Below the pieces are notes generated by a model that worked only from the letters and a program-made list of their open reading frames with translations, searched no databases and was not told the origin of the DNA. Both the position numbers and the translations under genes were made by a program. From Salpingoeca rosetta (taxonomy: Eukaryota > Protista > Choanoflagellata), in contig JAWQFM010000021.1 of NCBI GenBank assembly GCA_033442325.1, positions 825,189 through 889,188 on the forward strand: a DNA stretch of 64,000 bases, read 5' to 3'. Shown here piece by piece: positions 37,533 to 49,242 of the stretch (within the stretch, counting starts at the first letter, position 1; the number at the start of each line of letters is the position of its first letter).

Positions 37533-38673
37533 CACTCGCTCACACGCACACTCGCTCACGCGCACACTCACACACGCGCACACTCACACACCCCTCAAAC
37601 ACAAACACACACTTACACACCTCGACAGCAAACTTGGAAGCGGTGTAGACGGCGTGTGTTGGAGTGAAGCGTACGCCGCACACGGAACTGGTGACCACAA
37701 CCTGACCCGCGTTGCGCTCACGAAAATGCGGCACCACCCGTTGCAACCACAAGAACACACCTTTCACCTGCAGCATCACACGCGCACACACCGTGCACAA
37801 CAACGAAGTCAAAACACGTCTCTTCATCTCACAAAACCCGCACACACACACACACATACTACACACACACACACATACTACACACACACACACACACACA
37901 CGCACACACAAGGCAAGAACGCAGCTGCAGGCACTGCTGCAAAGGGGTTGTGTGTTTACGTTTGTGTTCATGACGCGGTCATAGCCGTCTTCGCTGCAGT
38001 CCTCCAGCTTGCCGCGTTTGACACTGCAGCCTATCACAGCGACAATGCGAGTCATGCGTGTGAGAAAGGAAACGTGTGAGAAAGGAAGAAAGTGGGAGAG
38101 CAAGGAAAGGAGAGAAGTGAAGCGCATGTGGTCGCAAAGCCAAGAGAAACGGGGAAGAAAGCCCGAAAGCATACCATTGACACACGAAGGCTATGTTGCC
38201 ACTTCTCACCAGCGTTGGCAACGAGGGCATCACAGCTGCCACCAAAGTGGGAGAGCGCCTGTGAGAAGTGGTCACTCACAACAGTAGCGTCAGACACGTC
38301 GCCTTGTGCGTAGTGCAGCTTCCCGGCCTCTCCGCCCTTGTTGGCATTGCACTCTGCCGCCAGCTTTTCCATGGCTGCCGCATCGCGCCCTACACGAAAG
38401 CACGCGGAAGCGCGTGTTGTGACATGGCACATGTTGTGATATGGCGCATGTTGTGATTTGACATGGCGCACGTCAAGCGCACACACTTCAGCAACACACT
38501 CACACACAAACACACAAACACATACGCACTTCAACAAACCAACACACAAACACAAACACGAACACACACTTTAACCACTTACCTGTGATAAATACGTGGT
38601 GCCCTTTGCTCACGAGTATGCGCGTGAGCGCTGCACCAACGCCACTCGACCCGCCAGTCACAATCACCTTCAT
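36240..38673 (-). CDS. Short-chain dehydrogenase/reductase (classical SDR), interrupted by assembly gap
   Basis: MKVIVTGGSSGVG (TGxxxGxG), GDVS, LVANAG, TNVKG, TSSVCG, YTASK (YxxxK). Terminal exon 36392-36240 reads ...MLAPEAVAQAIITAIDQHPSSNIERIVLDPTSV*. One internal exon appears to be missing in or near the gap. Confidence 0.88.
36463..36539. repeat. (GA)n microsatellite
   Basis: Directly visible, in an SDR intron. Confidence 0.95.
36588..37342 (+). repeat. Degraded direct copy of 33859-~34597 (CSRNP 3' end and downstream region)
   Basis: Near-identical at first (ctggaaagcgcagaac...gtcccaatgtgtctcaaagac...gtgaagccatgaacactctctcgtcccc), with progressively more mismatches and homopolymer expansions up to the N gap. 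Confidence 0.9.
37343..37442. other. Assembly gap (100 N)
   Basis: Run of exactly 100 N. Confidence 1.
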
Positions 38674-39182
38674 GGCTCACGCTCAACTTTACAGTGGACT
38701 GCACTCAACTCCCACTCGCTCGCCTGCCACACTGGATCACTGCTGGATCGCTGCTGCTTCTTGTTGTTTGTTTGTTGTTGCGCATGGATTGACGCTTGCC
38801 GACGTTTCATGGATATTTTCGTCCAATTTTCACGACTACGCGGCTTGTGGTCTCACTCGCTCGCGTGTGGCTGCAGCCTTTCTTCAGCTCCACTCCTCAG
38901 TCTTCGCGTTGGTGTGTGTCATCACATATCCCCCCCCCCCTTGTCCTCTGTTCTGGGCTTTGTTCTGTCTGTTTGTCTGTCTCCCTCTCTCTCTCTCCCT
39001 CTGTCTTCTCCCTCTGTTCGCTGAATCCAACCGCTTTGGTCTTGTCGGCCGACAACCAGACGACAACCAGACCAACCAACCAACTCATTCAACAACGGAC
39101 ACGCGCTGTTCAAATCACAACCTGCACGCACACATCCACACATTCAACAACGACAACAAGCAGTCCGACCATAACCACCACC

Positions 39183-39335
39183 ATGGTTCGCACGGACGTG
39201 ACCATCCTCTACAACGTGACGCGTCCAAAGGATGGTGTGTTTCTTTTTGCTTGCACACATACGGACGTAGCAAACACGAAACAGCGTTCACACAACAAGT
39301 TCTCTTGGGACACATTTCGCCTGTATGCCTGCTTC

Positions 39336-39368
<33 letters not shown>

Positions 39369-42300
39369 TCACTCACTCACGCACACACACTCTCTCTAAC
39401 TCACACACGAACGCACCCACACATCCCCCATCCCCCAACACATACACACACACACACACTGCACGCACACACACTCTCTCTAACTCACACACGAACGCAC
39501 CCACACATCCCCCATCCCCCAACACATACACACACACACACACTGCCACGACAGCCTTGGACGAAACGCAGTCGCTTGTGACGGCGCTGCGCCGGCGGTG
39601 GATATCGGCGTGTGTGAGGGAGGTGCAGCCGGAAACGCACGACGCAGACGCCCTCGACGCGGCCATCAGGGACTCCAAGATCGTCATCCTGATCGGCGCT
39701 GTCGTGGGCTCCGTCAGCCGCGAAGCCACCCTCGTCACGCTGCAACGCATGCAGCACATCCTCGCAGCAAACAAGCACCTCCTTGTCATCAAGGTCTTCC
39801 AGCATGACCGCTACCCGTTTTCGGAAACAATCTGGCCGCAGCTGTCCCGCAAAGCTATAGCCGCAGCCCTGTGCGACATGTACAGCCTATCCCCGCCTCT
39901 GCAGCGCGTGTGCGACGCCCTGCACCAGCGCGACGTGCATGCCAACCTGCCTGAGCTGCAGCAGCAGCAGCACGACAAGGTCAAGGCCGCGGGCACGACA
40001 ATCGGCAGCTTGCTCGAGGGCTCCGTCTACATTGACTCATCCAAGCCGGACCGCGACAAGAAGGGGCGGCTCAAGGGGCTCGGCCGAACGCGAAGCACAA
40101 GCACCATCGTCATCCCAGACCGCATGCCGCACATGCCCAACGCCACGCTCGTGCTTCCCCAACTGATGCCGCCAAGCCCCGCGTCCGCAGAGGCTGTTCC
40201 CCGCGAGGTGATTGGCCGGCTGCTGCTGCCACTGCGAGGTATCAAGCTGGCCGAACCAACATGGCTGCCGCGCGCGGCGTTACATATGGGTGCCCATGAT
40301 GGCGCGGGCGGTGTTGCCGAGGACTGCATGGTGGATCTGACCACGCTTAACAGCTACACCCCGACGTCGGTGTCTGCCGCCGCTGCTGCCGCCGCATCTG
40401 CAAAACACAGCGCGTCTTCGCAGCGCTCATCCAAGAAGAAGCAGCAGAAGAAGCAGAAGAAAGGCAAGTCCTCTTCCTCCTCTGCTGCCTCAACCACATC
40501 ATCATCATCATCATCATCATCACCACCATCGTCATCATCATCGTCGTCGTCATCATCGTCAATGGCCACGTCCACCGCCCAGCCGTCGCTGCCTGCGCGA
40601 CCCCCCAAGTCGCCCTCGCTCATATCGCAGCTGTCCATGACGGGTGCGTCTCCACTCGCGCTGCTGGGCACCACTGGCCGCGCCAGCGACAAGATGCCAA
40701 ACACAAAGATTGTGCCCACGGCGCTCGTGGTGCTGGACGCGCTTGCGTCGCAGTTGACAGACGAGGGCAGGCTGCCGGCCGCCATCAAGCTGCCGCTGTA
40801 CGCACTGCCCAGCAGCCGACTGGTGGCGCTGGTGTCCAGCCGCCCAAAGGACAGCCTGCTGTGCCAGCGCGTGTTCCTGCTGCTTGCGGACCGGGCCGCA
40901 AAGGCCAACAGCGAGGCAGAGGAGCTGCTGCGGTGCGGCGCCATCAAAGCCGTTGTCGACGCCCTCGAGCGCAACCACAAGGCGGACACGGCCGTGCACG
41001 TGTGTGCTTGCCACCTCCTCTCCTGCGTGTGCATTGGCCTGGACGACGACGAGCGCGTGCACGACGTTGGGGCGGAGGGCGCCGCCTTCTCCGTCATTGC
41101 ATGCATGCAAGCAAGCCCCGACAACGAGGCCGTGCAGCTGGCCGGCTGCCAGGCGCTGAAGAGCATCACGTCGTCCTTTGACAACGCGCGCTACGTGGTG
41201 GGCGGCGACGGCGTGGAGGCTCTGATGGACGCCATGAGGCGCCACCCAGACTGCGCCCGCATCCAGGCCGAGGCGTGCCTGGCGCTGGGTGCCGTGTGTG
41301 AGAGTGGGGAGGACATGTGCGCGCGTGTGGTGTCCAAGGGCGCGCTCGACAGCGTCATGCGCGTGTTCAAGCAGTACAAGGCGGACCCGCTTGTGCTCGA
41401 GTGCGCGTGCGTGGTCATCACCCGCTTTGCCATGGGCACCCCGCTGTGCGCTCACCTGGTCAACGCCAACGTGACACCCGTGCTCGTGCAGACCATTCGC
41501 CGCCACAAGCAGCACGCGAGCCTTGCCTTCCAGGCAACCATGGCACTGCTGGTCATGGGCATGTCACTGGACGGGGAGAGGGTGCACAGGTTCCTGGCCT
41601 CCGCTGGCGCCGTGGACGTGATGGCCGCGCTCATGTGCCTGCACCCGGGCCACGACATTCTGCAGTCATTTGCCTGCAGCCTGCTCTGCCTGGTTGGCAG
41701 GCAGCCCACGGTAATGCAGCGGGTGCTTGAGCTGGGCGTGGTGGACCTCACCGCCGACGCCCTCAAGAACCACCCCGAGTCCTTTGACGTGCAGTCCCGC
41801 GCGTGCGAGTTCCTGGAGCTGCTCATCACGGTGAAGACGGAGGCAGCACTGGACATTCTGCACGAGCGCGACGTGCCCGCAGCGCTCGTGCGCGCCCTCG
41901 CCCTCCACTCGGACAAGGCGGACGTGCTTGAGTTTGTGCTGGGCGCCATTGGGTCCATGGCCCTGCGTCACGCCAAGTGCCTGCAGCGGTTCTCCGAGCT
42001 CAACGCCCAGGCCGCCGTGCTTGCATGCATGCTCGCTATGCAGGAGGACGAGACAGTTGCGCGGCGGGGGTCGTGGGCGCTGCTGAGCCTGTCCCTCAAC
42101 CGGGACGACAGCGTGGTGACGCTGATTGAGAAGGGCGCCTCCAAGCTGCTGCTGGGCGTGCTGGTGCGCCACTCGACGCTGGAGGAGGCCGTCATCCCCG
42201 CCATCAACCTGCTCATCCTCATTGCGGAGCGCAGCCTGCTTGAGCGCGACAACATGCTGCGCATGGGCGTAGTCGGCTTTGTGGTCACGGCCCTGCGTGC

Positions 42301-43135
42301 ACTTCGCAACGTAGACCAGCTTCAGCTGTGTGGCGTGCAGCTGCTCACCGCGCTCAGCGGCGACCCGCACAAGGTGGTGGCGGGCCTCCTGCGCCACAAG
42401 CAAGGCATGGACTTGATTGTCGCATGCACGGCTGCGGCCATGGGCAACGCGGAGATGCTGGGGCCCGTGTGCGGCCTGCTCGATGCGCTTGCGTGCGCCG
42501 ACCCGTTCGTGGAGGCGTACGCTGCCACGGGCGGCGTCATCACCGTGCTGTGCTTTCTCCGCGTCAACCCGACGGACGCCACCGTCAACTACCAGGCGCT
42601 GCGCATGCTCACGGCCATCCTGCGCACCACCCCCAAGCAGCGCGAGATCGTGCTTGCCCACCGCGGTCTTGAGACTGTGCATACCGCAGCCAAGCGGTTT
42701 GACGGGCACCCAGACGTGCAGCTGCAGGCGTGCGTGACGCTGCTATACCTCACAACGAATAACCCGACCCCGCTGCAGCTGCGCACCCAGCTCATTGACC
42801 TCGTCCGAGACTACGATGACAACGACAATGCGCAGGCTGATGTTGGAGACGAGCGTGCCGTTGCAGCCGAGGCGAAGGAAGGTGTGGCTGCGAACAAGGG
42901 CGCACAACATGCGGAGACAGCGGAGACAGACGCCACTGATGGTGATGCTGCTGCTAGTGCTGCAGAGAAGGAAGGCAGCGGCGATGAAGATGAGGTTATC
43001 AACTGGCATGCTGTGCGCCAGGATGCGTTGCAGTGGGCAAAGAAGGTGCTGCAAGCGCACAAGGCCAACGACCGCCACCTCATTGCCATCCGACGCTGCA
43101 TTTCCACATCAACGCCTGACCTTGTTCTGGGTTGA
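39183..43135 (+). CDS. Armadillo-repeat protein with N-terminal degenerate TIR-like domain
   Basis: Exons 39183-39234 and 39555-43135 join in phase 1. The N-terminus reads DVTILY...ALRRRWIS...AIRDSKIVILIG...NKHLLVIKV, then an S/K-rich linker, then many ~42-aa ARM repeats (GAIKAVVDALERNH..VHVCACHLL; GVEALMDAMRRHP..IQAEACLALG). ARM is confident; TIR is moderate. Confidence 0.82.
39379..39546. repeat. Intronic direct duplication of an ~84-bp CA-rich unit containing a CTAAC branch-point-like motif
   Basis: acgcacacacactctctctaactcacacacgaacgcacccacacatcccccatcccccaacacatac... occurs twice before the 39554 acceptor. Confidence 0.85.
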
Positions 43136-43859
43136 TGGTTGGTTGTGTGTGTGACGGTCTGTGTGTGTGTGTGTGTCTGTCTGTGTGTGTGTCTGTGTGT
43201 GTGTGTGTGTGTGTCTGTGTGTGTGTCTGTGTGTGTGTGTGTGTTTGGTAGCAGTGATTGAAGCAGCGCAATGCTTACTCTCCCCCCTCCATGACTTTTA
43301 TTTTCCCAACGGATTCGATGGTAAATGAACGCAATAATGATTTTGACATGAATCGCCTGGTACAGCCTGACACTTTAAGGCAACACCCACTTTGTTTTGG
43401 AAATTTTCGCACAACCCGACAACCAAAACCTGGGGTGGGTGGGCCGTGAACGGTGGCAACATCACCGTCATCAACCAACCCGCTGGCTTGCTTGCTGGCT
43501 TGCTGGCTTGCTGGCTTGCTTGCTCGCTCGTCCTCAGAGATGCTGGTCCTTGCCAAGTGTAGCGTAACCCGAAACACACATTCGTTCATCAATTCATCCG
43601 TTGCATTTGCACACAAGGATCACAACATCACAGCAACAGACGACATCGTACATTTGCATTTGCGCCTACATTCTCACATCTTCCTGCCCTGTACAACGAA
43701 TTGCATCTGTTTACGTTGTTCCCAGCACAGCAGCGCTGTAGAATTGAACAGCAGCAGCACAAACGTCGTTCCAATCGCGTACATTGAGCGTATACCTACT
43801 TCCTCTACAGCGTGACAACTCTACAGCAGGGGCAAAAGGTCGCACGTTCAAGACTGGCG

Positions 43860-43936
43860 ATGCATTGCCGCTCGCCCCTGGTCATCAGCACCGCCCTGCT
43901 GGTGACCATTTTGGCGCTGTTGTCCCCGCCCGCCAC

Positions 43937-44006
<70 letters not shown>

Positions 44007-44016
44007 CTGTGTGTGG

Positions 44017-44054
<38 letters not shown>

Positions 44055-46074
44055 CTGTGTGGTCATGAGTTTTGTGAGCTTCTTTCTAGTTGAACAGCAA
44101 CCTGTGCTGGTCCGTGGCTGGGTTCAAGTGTGTACCGTGTCGCAAACACAATCCCACAAACACAGACACACGCGATGTACACTCACACTCGCATTTCCCC
44201 TTCCACTCGACATGATTCTCTTCTCCTCTTCCAGCGATTGTGGATATCCCGCGCTTCTTTTCCGAAGCCACTCCGCACTCAACCCTCACTCAAGCAGGCA
44301 CATATCCAAGCCTGAAAGGTGACGTGGTCAACTCAAACGATGCCGCAACCTTGTCCATGTCTGCATGGATGCGCGCCTCTTTTTCCACCAATACCGGCGG
44401 CACCCAGGTGTGTGTTTCCGTGTGTTTGTGTGTGTATGTGTGTATGTGTGTATGTGTGTGGGTGTGGGTATATCTGTATGTTTTGGGCTTGACTTTGTGT
44501 CTTGTGTGCAACTTCTCTGTCCCTTGTCCTTTGGGCTCTTCCGCTTAAGATTCCTTCTTTTGTTCGATCTTTCCTACACTGGGCTTACATGCAAATGCCA
44601 TGCATGCCTATACTATCAAATGATCCCCCGATGCTTTCAAACCCGCCATATCCTACACAACAACACAGTTGCTGTGGGATGTTGGCAGCAGCGTGACGGG
44701 CGTATCGCTCGTGTACACGGCCACCAACACCGTGCGGGCCACCATGTGCAGCGCCGGCCAGGTGATACTTGCCCTCGAACACAACATCACCGCATCACAC
44801 CTGGACGCGGGTGCGAACGTGGACGTCGTGTTCTCGCTCGACCGCCGTACGGACGGCGTGGTGAACCAGACTGCGCGCCTGCGTGTAGGCGACGAGGAGC
44901 ACGTGGCTGTCGTCGACATGACCCCACTGTGGAGCGATAGCGACGCAACCGCGTTTCTGGCGCCCATGTCCAGCAACATCTGCACCGGTTCTGCTGGTGC
45001 TGTCGTTGACTTTGCCGACGGTCAGGCGGACCTGGACCTTGGCCTCAACATCTATACCAACTGGTTCTACTTTGACAAGCCCGTGACAGGAGGTCGGTAC
45101 ACTGCAGCGGTGCATGCGCTCAACCAGGCACGGGGGAGTGCTGGTGTTTCACCCCCACAAAGCCCACACTGGCACGTGCAAGCACACCAACACACAAGGG
45201 TACACACACACACACACATAGACAAGAGTACACTCAACATAACAGCATACACACGCAAACAAGAGTACACACACACACATAGACAAGAGTACACTCAACA
45301 TAACAGCATACACACGCACACGCACACACACGCACACACACGCACACATCTCTTGACCGTGCTCATTGCATCACAATGCTCCCAAACCCCCTCCTCCACC
45401 GCGGTGCCTGTTCAGACTGGTACAGCACGGACCGGCCCCGCGCCCAGTTTGGCATCCCACCCGATCTGCAGTACTTGGAGGCGGGCGACTACGCCAGCAT
45501 CAACGACGAGTCATTCAACGGCAAGCAGAACGCCGACGTTGCTCCCATCACGTTCTACGTGTCTGTGCAGCTGCACCCGAAATACCTCAACGTGGACGGC
45601 TCACCTCCCTCGCCGGAGGTGCTGATTGAGATTGGCGGGCACAAGGTTGGCCTGTCGCTGTTCTACGCCGCGCCGCACACACTCGTGCTCAACAAGTGCG
45701 GCGGTTCCATCACGATTGTGTACGAGGTGCCGGAGGAGCTCACAGGCACCGGCGACAGCACGCCGTTCCTGGATATCATGTTTGGACGCGATTTCAGCGA
45801 CAACCTCTTTCTTGTTGTCAACGGAGAGGCAGTGCCGCCTGTTGCGCTCGGCGCTGCGAATGATATTGCGGGCACAGACCGGTCGGGCGTGCTGCAGATT
45901 GTCAAGAACTACTGCAATGGTGATGGAAGCTACGTCAACTCGCGCAACGAGGGCGTTGAGTTCACCAGCGGCACGGTGGACTGGAACATTGGCTTCAGCT
46001 TGTGGGTGGAGGAGGTCTACGACCCCGCCCTCACTACCGATCCATGTACGCGCTCGCGAGCTCGATTGCTTACT

Positions 46075-46108
<34 letters not shown>

Positions 46109-48587
46109 TGTGTGTGTGTGTGTGCGTGTGTGTGCGTGTGTGTGTGTGTGAATGTGTGTGAATGTGTGCGTGAAGGTGTTTGTGCTTGTGCGTGTGCGGT
46201 GTGCTTGTGAGCATGTGCGTTTGTGGTCGTGTCGAGTGCTGCGTTGCTGTGGTGACAACCCCACATACTTGTGACATTATGCCAAGGCGAACACCCTCAC
46301 CCCCATGAACAACTAACACCCTCACCCCCTTGAACAACTTTCATCCACCACCACCACCGCCACCGCCACGACCACCACCCACATCTCGCCGCCGTTCCCA
46401 TCTTCGGTCTTTGCGCGCGCATGATCAGCAATCTGCCAGCACGGCGTAATCCTGACGAAGCACTCGACAGGCCTGGCCTACTGCTCCTGTCTGCCTGGTT
46501 TTGGCGGGATGCGGTGCGATGAGGAGGATTTGTCCACTCTTCCCGCCACGTGCTACGAGTCAGAGGCGCCGTTGACGACAGGACCGCAGCTGCTTCGCCC
46601 AAACCCAACAGCATCGCCCATTGCCCTCTACTGTGACATGGACTACTGGTGTGTGTGTATGTTGTTGTGTGTGTATGTGGGCGTGTGTGTGTGTGCGTTC
46701 GTGTGCGTGCGTGCATGTGCGTGTGCGTGTGCGTGTGTGTTCGCTTTGAAGGGGCGCGCGTGTTTTTGTTGGCGTTGCAGAGGAATAAGGGGCGAATGGA
46801 CGAAGCACCACACCGGGTTGCTTTGTCGATTGCGTGGCCGATCACATGAAGCGTGCCCGCTCAATCACACACACACACACACACACATACACACTCACAT
46901 GCACACGCACACATATGCACATGCACACACATGCACATGCACGCACACACACCAGGGGAGGCGGCAACACGATGTGCGGCAAGTTCCTGCGGGACAACAC
47001 TGTAGGAAAGCAGTTCCTTGACAGCGATTTTGGTCGTGTAACGAGTGATGATGCAGGCTCCTACGACCTGTCCTCCCTGGCCAACTCTGCTTCCACCGGG
47101 TACCAGGCGTCCCATGTGAGTCCCAACGGCTGTTTTGCTTGCAGGAGAATAGGGAGCAGGTGGCACCTGCAGCCACTGTGACGTGTTCATTGTGCGGCTT
47201 GTTCATGCTGCACCTTCTTGAAATGAAGACGAAGAATAACGACAACAGCTACAACAGCTGCAACAACAACCCACACTGCTGCTCTCACCACAACCACCAT
47301 CACCACCACTATCATCACCACCACTATCACCACGATCACCATCACCCCAGGATTGCCGCCATCTGATTGAGGGGCGCGAGCAGGGTGTTTTTATGAACGC
47401 CGGCAGCGACAAGGACGGCAGCAGCATGATGGACGCGGTGCTGTTCACCACCATCCTCCCAGAGGTGCTGCGCAATGCCAGCAGTCTCCTCGACGTGCGC
47501 CAGCGACCCGACGCGCTCGTTGGCGACGTCGGGTGCCAGGCAGGTGTGTTGGATGTGTTCACGGCTGATGGCGAGGCGGCCACGACTTTGTACCCGTTTG
47601 ACCTCACCGGTGCCGCCCTTGTCAACACCAGCACCATGTGGGTCAACTACGCCAAGGACGGTACGCGCAGACACCATGTCTAAGTCAACGTGTGCGTGTG
47701 CGTGCATGTGTACGTGTGTGTATGTGGGAAAGTGTGTGTGTGCGTGTGTGTGCGCGTATGTGGGTATAGTTTGGAGTGTGCGCGCGACTCTGTGTACATG
47801 TATGTATGTATGTCAGTGGTTGCTGCATCGCCTGTATGCACACAACAATCAGCTGCATGTTCTTGGTAATTCCCGCACGATGTCACGCTTGCATGTGCAA
47901 ATGACAAACCTGCATATCTCGTGCATGTTCTTTAGGTGCAATCATGTCAGCGTCCGCCACTGACTCGTGCATGGTAAAGCCGACACATGAGCGCAACTTT
48001 GATGCGTGTGCAACGCATCGTCTGCACTGTTTCTGACATGTATCGTTTTCTGTTGCACGGTCTATGTGTCTGTGTGCGTAAGTGCGTGTATTTGCTCGTG
48101 CGTGGCTGTATCTGTGACTGCATGCGATATGTACCCTGAGCCTTCGCTGACCTCACTCCAACTGTCCGACGCCTTGTTCGTCCTTCATACCATGCATACC
48201 ATTCACATCACCGTGCCACGTTCCACCCTTTTCCTTACATCTGTCTCTCACCATCACACAACCGTATGCGCTGTTGCGCGAACACAGGACACGGGCGAGA
48301 ACTTGGTGTTCTGGGGCTTTGAGGATGCAAGCGGCCGTGTGCCCAACTATCGCTGCAGTTCGCAGGGTGTGGTCACCATTGGCACATACTGTGGCGCAGC
48401 CAGCGCCCCCAGCTTCAGGTGCGGGTTTTGTGTGTGCGTGTGTGTGTGTGCGTGTGTGTGTGTGCGTGTGTGTATGTGTGTGTGTGTGTGTGGGTGCGTG
48501 GGTGCGTGGGTGTGGATGTGTGTGTACGTGTGTGTGGATGTGTGTGTACGTGTGTGTGTGTGTGGGTGCGTGGGTGCGTGGGTGTGG

Positions 48588-48628
<41 letters not shown>

Positions 48629-49201
48629 TTCACGTTTATGCACGAGTCGGTGAGAAGTGCAGGGCGACACTTTGAATGCACCTTGCCATTTTGCGCGCGG
48701 AGTTGTACCATCTTCGAGAACTTTTCGTCTCTTTACTGCAATTCCCTCTCACACCACCACGACCACCACCACCACTTATACCGTGTTCAGGAACAACTAC
48801 CTGCTGGTGAAAGCGACGCCGCCAGCGCGGGATCAGGTGAAGGCGCTGATTGGCGAGGCAGACTGGACGCTGCGCTCGTTTGGTGCAGCCACCAGCACAC
48901 CCACTGCGTTCAGGCAGCAGTCAGCCACGTTGGAGGTGGTGACCAACTTTCTCAAGGTGCCTGTGGGCCAGAGCGAGCTCATCTTCACGGTGGGCACGGC
49001 CAGCAACGGTGTTACGGTTGCATACGCGGCCCCATACAACCTCCAGCTCTTCTTCTGCGCCGACAGCGTCACCCAACGTGAGGCACAACCAAGGGCTGTG
49101 GCAGGCTCACTGCTTGCTCCATTCCAACGTGCATGCATGTAACCATGCATTGAAAAGGCGCTTCTTTTACGTCCGCAATCAATGTGTTCTTCACTAACTC
49201 G

Positions 49202-49242
<41 letters not shown>

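Noticed and set aside
38585-39554. N-terminal ~320 aa of the 1516-aa ORF
   Set aside because: It reads through the antisense SDR first exon, the promoter and a CA-rich intron. The spliced start at 39183 gives a coherent protein.
43250-43850. Relatively AT-rich intergenic stretch as a possible ncRNA or transposon remnant
   Set aside because: No tRNA, snoRNA box or terminal-repeat signature could be identified. It is most simply 3' UTR plus promoter.
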